From IMG/VR virus record IMGVR_UViG_3300032132_000004, positions 1 to 64,000 of that record: a DNA stretch of 64,000 bases. One strand, given 5' to 3'. A model generated the notes under the pieces. It was not told where the DNA came from. It worked only from the letters and a program-made list of their open reading frames with translations, and did no database searches. Position numbers and translations under genes: made by a program. This DNA comes from a virus. Within the stretch, counting starts at the first letter, position 1. Each line of letters starts with the position of its first letter. Shown piece by piece: positions 25,120-34,685 of the stretch.

Positions 25120-28100
25120 TTAATCCGTTAAAGCTGTTACTACATAATAGTACGTAACCCCGTTAGTTAGACCAGTGTGTAAAAAGTTACTAAGAGTAAG
25201 AATAGAACCATTTACCTGTGTATAAGGTCCTCCTTGATTAGTAGATTGATAAACGTTGTAGCCAAGGAGGTTACTTTCAGTATTATCATTCCAATAAAGA
25301 TTTACAAACTCATCCCCTGGGACTGCTGTAAGGCCTGTGGGTGCTACTACTGGAGGAGGAATATTTGGAATGCCCGCTACTTCAGCACTTTGTGGGGATT
25401 GGAACGATCCAAAGCTATCCCTAATAGTAGAAGGAAAAGCAGTTACTACATAATAGTACGTAACCCCGTTAGTAAGTCCTGTATCTACATAGGAGTTAGT
25501 ACCTAAATAACGAGGCACTACTTGCTCATAAGGTCCTCCTGAAATTAAAGATCTCCAAAGTAGATAAAATACAGGATCTGTATTATCAGTCCAAGTAAGA
25601 CTAAGAGTTCCATCGTTAGGAGTTACCGTTAGCCCCGTAGGTGCTGCTGGTATGGAGTCTACATACCAGCCAGGATTAATAAGAGGTTCTGTAAAAGATA
25701 CAATCCCAGCAGTTTGTATACTATCATGAAGCCATACGTTGTTAGAAACAGTAGGATTGCCTTGAAGTGAAACCCCTAAAGGAGTATCAACTTGGTAACC
25801 TCTAAGAATTCTATTATTTTTAAAAACTACATTCTTGGGAATATTATCAGAGTTACCATCATCAGGTTCTCTGCCTGTAATATTAAGAAATCTTATACCT
25901 GCATTGATCCAGTTATCTTCAATAAGAACGTCCTTAATACCTCCCTGGGGGACATTACCCCCAAGACCAATCTGCAAAGCAACACCATCTCCCCAAGGAT
26001 TCCCAGGTCCAGCATGTTCACCAAGTACTTCCATGGCTTGATGATGAGGAATATCAAAGAAGTTTCCTTTAATATCTATACCATTTCCTTTTCGTACTTC
26101 TAAAGCATTAAAAATTTCTGTATTGTAACCTAAGTGGTGAATCCAGTTTGCTTCAATAGTAGTACCAATACTATTTAATGGAGTCTTAGCATCTACTACA
26201 ATACCATCCTGCCCCATAGAATGAAGCTCACAGTATCGTAGATTAAAATCATAGCCTATTATCCCTGCTTTTGCAAAGTTTTTAATTTCTGCATTCTCAA
26301 TAGTAACTCCTCCAAAGAATCTATTAGGAGAAAGACCATCAAGAGGAGCATTGCATATAATACCATAGTCTGGTCCGTCTGTAGGGGAGACAGTTGATCC
26401 TACAACACTGAAGTTTCTAAGAGTTACAGGTATAGTAGTGGCACACCATATTGGACCGTCATGAGAGAAGTTTTCAAATACCGTTGCCTCCGTAGTCTCC
26501 CCAGTTACAGGATCATAATTGCTAAAGTTCTGTGCAACAGCGTCATCATTAATAACAAGTACACCATCCTGATTAATAGCAAAAGAATATGAGTCAGAAG
26601 CTGGTACTAAACTCCCTGCCCATCCTGTATTTCCTGCACCTGGGGTAAGGTCTATAGGGGGTGGTGCTCCTTCGCCTGAGGCTAAAGCTGTTATCTGCTC
26701 TTGCGTAAGAGCTTGAGCAAACAGACGAACATCATCAATACGCCCATGGAATGATTTGTCAGAGGGTCCACCTGGGGGCTGGTTTCCTATTGCTACAGGA
26801 ATGCCAGCGTTAACTGCAACGCTCCCTGTTTTAGGAGTGCTGCCAACCTCAAGTCCATCTAGGAACAACTTCATTGTTGTTCCATCATATAAAGCAACAG
26901 CATGATGCCATGTATTAGTTTGCAATGCTCCTTGAGAAGCTATAAGAGTAGAAGTTGTAGTACCAGTCTTTAGACGGAAGCGTAAGCGAGTTTCTCCTTG
27001 CTCAGTAATAGTACTTAGCATCCAATGATGTTCTTGCTCTTGCACTCCTACAGCTTTGGACATTATTCTAGCATCAGTAATACCAAAGGAATCAGCATTA
27101 AACCAAGTGGCTAAAGTAAAAGCACTTCCAGGGACATCTACATTCCCAACATCTACACGATCCTCTTCTCCATCAAAAACTAAGGACCAAAGGGAGGACT
27201 GCTCAGGAGAGGGATCTCCCCAAGTCGCACCTACTATAGTTCCATCATTAAATCCATACCCTGAGTCTACTGTTGTAAGACCTGTTCCTTCTTCGAAAGA
27301 CCAGTGGCCCAAAGGAGGACCAAGTGGAGGAGGTGGCGCAGGAGTGGCAGTAACTCCAGAACTCTGTGGAGACTCCTCTGCATCTGCGTTTACAGCAGTT
27401 ACAACATAGTAGTACTGAGTACCATTTTCTACAAGATCGTCTAAGTAAGAAGTACCAGTAATTAAACCAGCGTTTTGTAAAACAAAGCTACCCCTTGGAG
27501 ACTCTGAACGGAAAACATTATACCCATCAATGTTTGATTCTGAGTTAGCGTCCCAAGTAAGGGTTACAAGTTCGTCCCCTGGGTTTGCATTTAGACCTGT
27601 AGGTGCTGCTGGTGGGCCTGTGGGGGGAGCAGTTCCTGCTCCGTTAAAAAAACAAAGCTCTCCAAACAAAGGTGAGGAAGGAGGAGAGGTAAATCCATTA
27701 ATAATACTTCTTTCCGGGGGATAGTGCTCATCGTCGAATACAGTAGCATACATATCTGTATCTTCTATACCGCACCACCTATTTCCTGTAACTACAGTAG
27801 GATTAGCTCCTCCTTGGTCAAGAGAGATAGGACCAAACGCATATAAATCACCAAATATATTATCTCTAACAAAACAATTTTGAGGGAAAGGATAAGAGGC
27901 ATTCTTTCTTTCAACGTATACAATATTATTACCACCGTTCATCCAATTGTTATCAATACGAAGACCTTCAGGTCCTCCATCTATTCCGTGGGTATCATTA
28001 CTAGATTGAATAATTACAGCAGCATTAGATTTATAAATCCAGCTACCTCCTAAAGTGTAAGGAGCAGTATGTGTAGCGGCTCCTGCTATTGCAGCTAAGG

Positions 28101-29142
28101 TATCATAAGGAGCTTCGGGTCCAAGATTGTTATAATCATTAGGCCAAACAGGATTTGGGTCGCTTGGGTTTTTTGGAGGGGGGTTTGGCCCAAACCCTTC
28201 TAAAGATTGCGTCCACCTACCAGCCCCCGCAAGCACAGGTGATCCATTAAGCATTACGGTTTCCCCTGTTACATTACCATTAACAGCCCATGGATAACTG
28301 CCTCCTTGTATAGATCCCATAGGAGCTAGATTCGGAGTTTGTAAATTTCCTGTAACACCTCCCTTAGGGACTGATAGTGGATCTACCGCAGGAGTATGCG
28401 TGCCAGGGTGATTAGGATGGGGCATATCACAAAAGTTATGGTGAAAATTAACATCCCTACCTAGATTTCTAATCTGAAGTGCATCACAATGAGAGTGTAT
28501 CCCGCGACCGTTGTGATGAATCCAGTTATTATTTATCTCAGACCTCATAAGACTAAGCATAGAATCAGCACCAGCATCATGCATATTATTATGGTGCCAA
28601 TGATTTCTAGTCCCCTCTTCTACACCCCCATTACATATAATATGCTGGCTAATAGGATTAAGCATTTCACAAAAACGAATCTCCGTGGAGGAGTGTAAAG
28701 TATTGGCAGAAGGTATATTAACACATTGAGAATTAGAAAATGCTGCATCAATCCAACAATCTTCAATCAATATGTTATTGGCTTTTTGAGCTTCCGTACC
28801 TTTAATTAATATGCTACGTAGATCACACTTCTTTATAGTACAATTACTATGCCTGATTTCTATATAAGAAGTAGCAATAACATTTTCTATAATTTGATTA
28901 TCTGCTGTTGTTTTTATACGTGTTCCATTCCATAAGGGGTGATTTTCTTGAGAGATAAAAGTAATATCAGTCTTCTCTACTGGTGTATGTCCTATAACAA
29001 TAGCCCCAGGTCCAGTGTTGGTAGGTCCTGGCTTTTCTACTCCTCCAATAATATTTTGAGTTGGAACTCCGGTATCTCGTACAGTAACAATACGACCTTC
29101 TTTTCTAACTTTCTTATAATAACGATCTCTACGTTGTGCCAT
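25120..29142 (-). CDS. Large fibre/appendage protein: two right-handed beta-helix regions, FN3 repeats and a LamG domain
   Basis: I.NNW repeats and HCDALQ (beta-helix); three FN3 units (APTGL..PGD..V.L.W...YYYVVTA); LamG (WHHAVALYDG..MKLFLDG, F.GRIDDVRLF). Confidence 0.8.
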   Translation of the reverse strand: MAQRRDRYYKKVRKEGRIVTVRDTGVPTQNIIGGVEKPGPTNTGPGAIVIGHTPVEKTDITFISQENHPLWNGTRIKTTADNQIIENVIATSYIEIRHSNCTIKKCDLRSILIKGTEAQKANNILIEDCWIDAAFSNSQCVNIPSANTLHSSTEIRFCEMLNPISQHIICNGGVEEGTRNHWHHNNMHDAGADSMLSLMRSEINNNWIHHNGRGIHSHCDALQIRNLGRDVNFHHNFCDMPHPNHPGTHTPAVDPLSVPKGGVTGNLQTPNLAPMGSIQGGSYPWAVNGNVTGETVMLNGSPVLAGAGRWTQSLEGFGPNPPPKNPSDPNPVWPNDYNNLGPEAPYDTLAAIAGAATHTAPYTLGGSWIYKSNAAVIIQSSNDTHGIDGGPEGLRIDNNWMNGGNNIVYVERKNASYPFPQNCFVRDNIFGDLYAFGPISLDQGGANPTVVTGNRWCGIEDTDMYATVFDDEHYPPERSIINGFTSPPSSPLFGELCFFNGAGTAPPTGPPAAPTGLNANPGDELVTLTWDANSESNIDGYNVFRSESPRGSFVLQNAGLITGTSYLDDLVENGTQYYYVVTAVNADAEESPQSSGVTATPAPPPPLGPPLGHWSFEEGTGLTTVDSGYGFNDGTIVGATWGDPSPEQSSLWSLVFDGEEDRVDVGNVDVPGSAFTLATWFNADSFGITDARIMSKAVGVQEQEHHWMLSTITEQGETRLRFRLKTGTTTSTLIASQGALQTNTWHHAVALYDGTTMKLFLDGLEVGSTPKTGSVAVNAGIPVAIGNQPPGGPSDKSFHGRIDDVRLFAQALTQEQITALASGEGAPPPIDLTPGAGNTGWAGSLVPASDSYSFAINQDGVLVINDDAVAQNFSNYDPVTGETTEATVFENFSHDGPIWCATTIPVTLRNFSVVGSTVSPTDGPDYGIICNAPLDGLSPNRFFGGVTIENAEIKNFAKAGIIGYDFNLRYCELHSMGQDGIVVDAKTPLNSIGTTIEANWIHHLGYNTEIFNALEVRKGNGIDIKGNFFDIPHHQAMEVLGEHAGPGNPWGDGVALQIGLGGNVPQGGIKDVLIEDNWINAGIRFLNITGREPDDGNSDNIPKNVVFKNNRILRGYQVDTPLGVSLQGNPTVSNNVWLHDSIQTAGIVSFTEPLINPGWYVDSIPAAPTGLTVTPNDGTLSLTWTDNTDPVFYLLWRSLISGGPYEQVVPRYLGTNSYVDTGLTNGVTYYYVVTAFPSTIRDSFGSFQSPQSAEVAGIPNIPPPVVAPTGLTAVPGDEFVNLYWNDNTESNLLGYNVYQSTNQGGPYTQVNGSILTLSNFLHTGLTNGVTYYYVVTALTD
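25136..25473. repeat. Exact 32-bp direct repeat between the last two FN3 modules
   Basis: GTTACTACATAATAGTACGTAACCCCGTTAGT at 25136-25167 and 25442-25473. Confidence 0.9.
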
Positions 29143-29147
29143 TGGAG

Positions 29148-29864
29148 TTATTCTTCCTTAAGTTCTTCTATTTCCCCTGTAGAAGTTACTAGAAATTTAG
29201 GGTTAGGAATGTAGGTTCTGAATACTATATTAAATGTCTTCTTCAAAATCCTATCTTCTTTGTCAGTAGCTGTAACTTGACCAGCATCTTCTTCACTTGT
29301 TATGTATGCTTTTGCTAAGGTAGAGAAGCTTGTTGGTACATTCATTTCTGGATTAAATTTTAGTCTAACTTGTTCTGCTATTTGATCCATATCAGAAGCA
29401 TACTTAGACCATACATTTAACTGATAGGTAATGTTTACTGCTTTAGGAGCAAAGCTAAGGACTCTAATAGCTCTATGCTTACTCTCATCCCAGTACTTCT
29501 CATGCACAAGGATACTCTCTGATCTCTGTCGTTCTGTATCGTCCTCTGATATTGTCTGGGATACTGAGAGGATAGGAAGTATGATATTATTCTCTTGGAA
29601 GAGCTTGGCTACACTACGTTCTGCGTTAGCGTATATACATTTTATGTCATTGAACTTCTCTTCGGAATCAATATAACCTACATCGTTAAAAGATGCGATC
29701 ATAGCTCTTAAAGATTCCTTGTAGACAAAGGATATATTGTGCTTAGCCTTTGTCATCTTAGCTATCTTCTTTTTGATATCACCTTCTCTAGTAGGAAAAT
29801 ACCTGTTCCTACTCTCAAAAGAAGAGGTGTCTAGCTCGTTGCTTATGTAATATTCAAAAGGCAT
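29148..29864 (-). CDS. Tail terminator/sheath stabiliser (gp15-like)
   Basis: YANAER, LPILS, P.AVNITYQL, DMDQIAEQ...FNP. Confidence 0.75.
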   Translation of the reverse strand: MPFEYYISNELDTSSFESRNRYFPTREGDIKKKIAKMTKAKHNISFVYKESLRAMIASFNDVGYIDSEEKFNDIKCIYANAERSVAKLFQENNIILPILSVSQTISEDDTERQRSESILVHEKYWDESKHRAIRVLSFAPKAVNITYQLNVWSKYASDMDQIAEQVRLKFNPEMNVPTSFSTLAKAYITSEEDAGQVTATDKEDRILKKTFNIVFRTYIPNPKFLVTSTGEIEELKEE

Positions 29865-29866
29865 GG

Positions 29867-30589
29867 TTAGTTATCTGTAGCCACACAGCAATCAGTATTT
29901 CTATAAGTATTATCACAGATTAGCATTTTATTATAAAAGTCGGTCATAGCTCCAATAAGATCGTTTTCAAACTCATCATTTGCTTCTTTACGCCCATCCA
30001 TATTACAATACATTTCAAATGCTTGTAGATAACATTGCCTCCTTCGGTGTAGGTTCTGGTGCGTGCTATCACATATTCCCTGTGCGGTAGTAAGTCGTCT
30101 CCCTGCCTCCATATAAAGAGGACTAAAGTATTTAAACATAGCACTATCTAAATCAGCAGCTAAACCATTTTGCGCTGATAGCAGACAAAGAATCCAAGCT
30201 GCTCTTGCCGCAGCCTCACATGCTGCATCTAGAACGAAGCCAGGGGGACAAGTTTTCTTTGGAGGAGAAGGATAATTAGAGGCCTCTCTTATAAGATCCA
30301 TAACTGATTCAGTTATAGAGTCTGGGCTCCTCCAACAATCTGAGGGAGGCTGTATTCCCCCTGAGCTTTGAGCAGCATACTGTATTTCGTCCTCTCTCTT
30401 TTCCCTTCTCCTAATTAGATTTAATTTTTTAGCATAGGCTAAAGGGTCCTCCCCCACCTTAGCCGCTGGAACTGTTCTTGTGTTAGCAGTAACAGGAGTA
30501 GTTGTTACATTAGCGTCTGCAACAGGAACGGTAACTAGCTTTCCATCTTTCCTAATAGTTACAAATTCTTTATCTCTTCGTTTTGGCAT
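29867..30589 (-). CDS. Cysteine-rich hypothetical protein
   Basis: 240 aa with 10 Cys in the C-terminal two-thirds; basic N-terminus resembles that of the 1340-aa fibre. Confidence 0.65.
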   Translation of the reverse strand: MPKRRDKEFVTIRKDGKLVTVPVADANVTTTPVTANTRTVPAAKVGEDPLAYAKKLNLIRRREKREDEIQYAAQSSGGIQPPSDCWRSPDSITESVMDLIREASNYPSPPKKTCPPGFVLDAACEAAARAAWILCLLSAQNGLAADLDSAMFKYFSPLYMEAGRRLTTAQGICDSTHQNLHRRRQCYLQAFEMYCNMDGRKEANDEFENDLIGAMTDFYNKMLICDNTYRNTDCCVATDN

Positions 30590-31168
30590 TTAATTATCTC
30601 CTATCCCTGTATAACCACCAAGGTCATCACTTATCTGAGTAAGGTTTGTATCCTGCGTATCAGGAGCATCACGAAGAAGTTTAGCAGAGCATACTAGGTG
30701 GTAAACACCATAAGACTCAAAGCCATCCTCAACTACCTCAAAGATCTCATACTTCTGATCCTGAAAGAAAGGTTTGAGTATATCCCCAGGCATTACTGGG
30801 CGACCTAGCTTCCTTTCAATATAACTCTTATTGAACGTGAACAACTGATCGTTAGTTAATTCAATACCGAACTGTGTAAGCTCTTCGCTCATGGAGATAG
30901 GATCGTAGTGCCCATGTACTGTAATGGGGGTATTAGAGATAGGCTTGTTCCTAGACTCCATGTACACAGGATCGTACTCTTGTGATTGAAGGTACTTATA
31001 GAAATGAAACTTAGAACCAGCAAGCTTAATCAATTCGTCATCTACTAGGTTAAATAGATTAATATCAGCATTCTCCTGATCGAAAAGATTTAATAGACTA
31101 TCTCCATCCCCGTCAATATCTCTAAGTTCGGGAGGTTTAGTCGTAGCTTTGTAGTTCTTCTTTGCCAT
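30590..31168 (-). CDS. Neck/head-closure protein (gp14-like)
   Basis: ELIKLAG, DPVYMES, LTQFGIE, P.PGDIL, FEV; close to the gp13-like gene. Confidence 0.78.
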   Translation of the reverse strand: MAKKNYKATTKPPELRDIDGDGDSLLNLFDQENADINLFNLVDDELIKLAGSKFHFYKYLQSQEYDPVYMESRNKPISNTPITVHGHYDPISMSEELTQFGIELTNDQLFTFNKSYIERKLGRPVMPGDILKPFFQDQKYEIFEVVEDGFESYGVYHLVCSAKLLRDAPDTQDTNLTQISDDLGGYTGIGDN

Positions 31169-31831
31169 TTACCTATCCCCAGGAGCCGCCCTTCTTTCCT
31201 TATCGGCCCTGAAATCCGCTTTCCTATCGTTTGGATTCTCTGGTCCTAGGCCTACCTTCCTGTTCTTATTCCTTGCTCTATTTGTCTTCTGTGCCTGAGC
31301 CACTAAATTGGGAGTATCTGCCCCAGGCCCAACCTTTGTACGTATCCTTTTCTCTATTTTATTAACTGCCTTAGTAACGTCCCTCTTAACTTTACCATCT
31401 CCAATGTTTTTCCTTTTTACACCAGTATAGTGTTTAGCTATAGGCCCAGTTGGTAGACCAGCATTTTCATAGATAGTTTTTCCTAGTCTACGATAAAAGG
31501 AAAAAGCTTCTGATACTTCGTCTTCGTCAGTAGTAGTCAAGCTGACCTTATTGCGCTTATTGTTAATCATATTTGTTACCTTATCTGTTGCCATATCTGT
31601 TCCCTTATCTATTGCCATATCTGTTGCCTTCTTCTTAACCCCTCTACCGACAGCCTTAGATCCTTGTACGGCACCTTTACCAGCAGCAGACAAGCCCCTA
31701 CCTCCAGCCTTCGCAGCCCCTACGGCACCTCTACCAGCAACAGCCAAGCCCCTAGCAGCGACTGAACCTACCTTAGCTAGCCCAGCAATAATAGGGGCAA
31801 TCTCGTCAATTCTTTCTTGTTCTGTTTTCAT
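31169..31831 (-). CDS. Basic Gly/Ala/Lys-rich internal head protein (putative)
   Basis: Start moved to ATG 31831 (MKTEQERIDEIAP); IDE, VSE and IYE are candidate protease sites. Confidence 0.6.
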   Translation of the reverse strand: MKTEQERIDEIAPIIAGLAKVGSVAARGLAVAGRGAVGAAKAGGRGLSAAGKGAVQGSKAVGRGVKKKATDMAIDKGTDMATDKVTNMINNKRNKVSLTTTDEDEVSEAFSFYRRLGKTIYENAGLPTGPIAKHYTGVKRKNIGDGKVKRDVTKAVNKIEKRIRTKVGPGADTPNLVAQAQKTNRARNKNRKVGLGPENPNDRKADFRADKERRAAPGDR

Positions 31832-31835
31832 AATA

Positions 31836-32720
31836 TTAAAATAGTGTGAAGGCCGGAGGCTCTTCAATCTCAAGTAGAAGCTCTTCTTTGAGCTTTTCTT
31901 TCTCTTCGGTACTCTGAGCAGTAAGCTCAGGACCATTCAGAACAGCACCACCTCCTGGGGATGGTAGAGATTTATACTTACCTCTAATCTCCCCAAGGAT
32001 ACCTTTAGCAACAGCTAAAGCATATCGTTGGATCCAGTTCTTGTAATAAGGGTGCATTGTATAGGAATCTAAAGCCCTATAAATAACGATAACAGGCTCA
32101 CCAGTTCTTACAGGAGTCGGATACACTTGAAGTACGTTACCGTTAATAAGATCAAAGGTCCCCTCCTGGCTTAGGACTTTCCTCATGGTTTCCATATGTG
32201 TTTGGAGAAGGTAGTAATCTGAGATAGAGAAGTTACTAAAGAGGAAGTTGTCTTGGAAGTACTTGATAAAGAAATCGTACTCTAGTGTTCCAGCCATGTT
32301 CTGAATGCTTAGTAAGGACTTCTTATAGGCCACATAAGAGAGGTTGTAGGCGATATGTCTTGGTAGGACATAAGCGTTTACTCCTGCTAAGGTAGCGAAG
32401 GTTGCTACTTGTGTGCAACCAAAGGGAGCATGATAATCAAGATTAGAAATAGCCTCATCTATTGCTATCTTAATTTGAAAATCTGTTAGTTCTACGCGAA
32501 CTACAGGATGTCCTAACCTGCCGAGAATGTAATCTCTAACAGTTTGCTCAAGAGGGTTTAACTCTACACCACTATCAAGTAGATTAGTATTAAGCTTAGA
32601 ACTATCTATTGCTGTGTTGTAGATATCAGTGTCCCCTAAATGCGTACCCGCATATGTTCCAAAGGTATCTCCATACCCTAATAAAATAGGGTCAACTCTA
32701 GGGGCTGCTGGTCCTGGCAT
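31836..32720 (-). CDS. Neck/head-tail adaptor (gp13-like)
   Basis: LGHPVVRVELT, WIQRYALA..K.ILG.IRGKY, PGGGAVLNG. Confidence 0.9.
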   Translation of the reverse strand: MPGPAAPRVDPILLGYGDTFGTYAGTHLGDTDIYNTAIDSSKLNTNLLDSGVELNPLEQTVRDYILGRLGHPVVRVELTDFQIKIAIDEAISNLDYHAPFGCTQVATFATLAGVNAYVLPRHIAYNLSYVAYKKSLLSIQNMAGTLEYDFFIKYFQDNFLFSNFSISDYYLLQTHMETMRKVLSQEGTFDLINGNVLQVYPTPVRTGEPVIVIYRALDSYTMHPYYKNWIQRYALAVAKGILGEIRGKYKSLPSPGGGAVLNGPELTAQSTEEKEKLKEELLLEIEEPPAFTLF

Positions 32721-32922
32721 TAGTAGGTTCCTCTTTTTTAGGGGGGTTAGGGAGTTTTTCTTTCCCCTTGAGCTTTCTTTCCTTAGGTTCCTTAAGAAGC
32801 TCTAAGTATCTAGAGCTAACTAAGCTTTTAGATTCAAATAATTCTGAAGGTCTTATTTCTACAACTTCTTCATCTATATGAAGAAGCATATTCCATCTAC
32901 ATTTGCTTCTATACTTATACAT
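32698..32922 (-). CDS. Small hypothetical protein heading the neck operon
   Basis: 74 aa ORF with GGAG ribosome-binding site and upstream CTATATA. Confidence 0.6.
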   Translation of the reverse strand: MYKYRSKCRWNMLLHIDEEVVEIRPSELFESKSLVSSRYLELLKEPKERKLKGKEKLPNPPKKEEPTNARTSSP

Positions 32923-32945
32923 TATGCTCCATAGTATATAGGACT

Positions 32946-32983
32946 GAAAAGAGGGCTAGAGGAAAAAAACCTCTAGCCCTCTT
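32946..32983 (-). terminator. Intrinsic terminator after the major capsid gene
   Basis: 14-bp inverted repeat AAGAGGGCTAGAGG/CCTCTAGCCCTCTT ending in a T run on the minus strand. Confidence 0.88.
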
Positions 32984-33004
32984 GTATTAAGTAATTACTA
33001 ACTA

Positions 33005-34666
33005 CTAGGAAACAGAAACACCGCTGACCGTAGTGTTACGAGAGAACGGGCTGAATAGGTAGTTAGATGTTGGGCCAATCACGCGGATTACTCTGTAGAA
33101 TCTACTGTATGGCTCAATCTGTACCTTACCATAACGAGTAAGGATACCCTTCCTTGGTTGGAAGGACTCTGGATCCACAATGGTTGGCAACTGCTGTAGT
33201 GGGATGTAGGGTGCATAAATGAACCCAGAATCCATAGCGTTGGAACCTTTATAACCCATAAGAATTTCATCTTGTGGGTACATTGGATCTACGTAGAGGT
33301 CATAACGACCCATAAACTTACCTTTGTATTCAATGGAGTTCTTACCGAAGTTGGTAGGACCATCTCCACTCTGAATACCACCTTCAAGCTTAGTAGCACT
33401 CTCAAGAAGAGAAGCCATAAGAGGAGAAGTTAGTAGCCAGTTGCCTGGACCGCGCATAGTTGTGCGGTAGATATCTTGCGAAGCAAGGTTAATCAAGGCA
33501 AGTAGGTTAGCGTATACCTCGCCAACGTGACGAGGAGCCAAACCGTCCTCCATTCCAAAATCAATAACAAAGACGTTAGAGCCTACACCAGAACCATCTC
33601 CTGGCATCTCAGTCGAAGTTCCTGTGCCTTGAGCACCATTAAAATCATAAGTAAACTGTGCTGGGATAAAGGTTCCTGCGCTAGCAGAATCAACGATACC
33701 TGGGCTACCACCCATGTTAATGTAGCTACTGTCCATAAGGTTTTGATTAACTCCACCCATGTTTCGTCCACGGAAACCATAACCAATCATGCGAAGATCT
33801 TCAATGAGTTCACGGTCGATCTCAAGTTGAAGTTCCTTCGAAAGAAGATCAGTAAGTTCGCGCTCAAGATCAAGGTTATGGTATGCTTTAAGATCTTGAG
33901 AAGCCTCAAGAGTCCAAAGAGCACGCATCTTACGAGTGTTGGCAACAACTGCCTCTTGCTCGATATGGAAGGTCATCTCTGGGATGCCCGTTCCTGTTAG
34001 ACGCTCACCAGCCGAAAGCTGATAACCCATTACTGAACTTGTGTTGGGCCATGCACCAATTTGACCACCCATGGTACCAGAACCAGCACCTGCACCTTGA
34101 ATTGAAGTACCTGAACCAGCCAAGACATTGGAGAGGTCGAAGCCACTCTGGGCATCATCACCGTCAAGACCAGGACCAGAAGTTCCGAACTGGCCTCCGC
34201 CCGCAGTAGTAAGTGATCCCCCAACACCAGCAGCAAGACCAGTCTCCAATGAACCAACACGCTGTGCAACATTACCTTGGTAGGTAAGGTTGAACTTACT
34301 GTAAACAGCTTGGATATCACCAGTACCAGCACCACCATTTCTGGCTCTAGAGTTACCTAGGTAGAAGACCTGTGAGACAGGACCCTGCATAGGCTGCACT
34401 CCGCAAAGGGAGTGGGCTAGAAGTTTTGGGTAAACCCGACGAACGAGAGGGAAAGCAAACTTTTGGAAGGTACCAAGCTGACCAGTTGTGGTGGCAGCAG
34501 CGGAGATAGCTTCATCAAGGTTTCTTGATTTCTCTTCAACAATGGATTTTGCTTGGTTCTCAAGCAATTGCGCTGTTACGCGCCGAACATAGTCATTGTC
34601 GATGCCCTCAAGGACAGGCTCCCACCTCTGGACTAATTTTTCATCTGTTTGATGCATAAATTCCAT
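33005..34666 (-). CDS. Major capsid protein (gp23-like)
   Basis: LLENQ, PLVRR, GVQPMQGP, RKMRALWTLEASQDLKAYH, EIDRE, YAPYIPL, FQPRKGILTRYG. Confidence 0.97.
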   Translation of the reverse strand: MEFMHQTDEKLVQRWEPVLEGIDNDYVRRVTAQLLENQAKSIVEEKSRNLDEAISAAATTTGQLGTFQKFAFPLVRRVYPKLLAHSLCGVQPMQGPVSQVFYLGNSRARNGGAGTGDIQAVYSKFNLTYQGNVAQRVGSLETGLAAGVGGSLTTAGGGQFGTSGPGLDGDDAQSGFDLSNVLAGSGTSIQGAGAGSGTMGGQIGAWPNTSSVMGYQLSAGERLTGTGIPEMTFHIEQEAVVANTRKMRALWTLEASQDLKAYHNLDLERELTDLLSKELQLEIDRELIEDLRMIGYGFRGRNMGGVNQNLMDSSYINMGGSPGIVDSASAGTFIPAQFTYDFNGAQGTGTSTEMPGDGSGVGSNVFVIDFGMEDGLAPRHVGEVYANLLALINLASQDIYRTTMRGPGNWLLTSPLMASLLESATKLEGGIQSGDGPTNFGKNSIEYKGKFMGRYDLYVDPMYPQDEILMGYKGSNAMDSGFIYAPYIPLQQLPTIVDPESFQPRKGILTRYGKVQIEPYSRFYRVIRVIGPTSNYLFSPFSRNTTVSGVSVS

Positions 34667-34685
34667 AATAATAAATCCTTAAAGA

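Noticed and set aside
25136-25473. 32-bp repeat as a diversity-generating retroelement template/variable pair
   Set aside because: Copies are identical with no adenine-specific differences, both are coding FN3 ends, and no reverse transcriptase is present in the window
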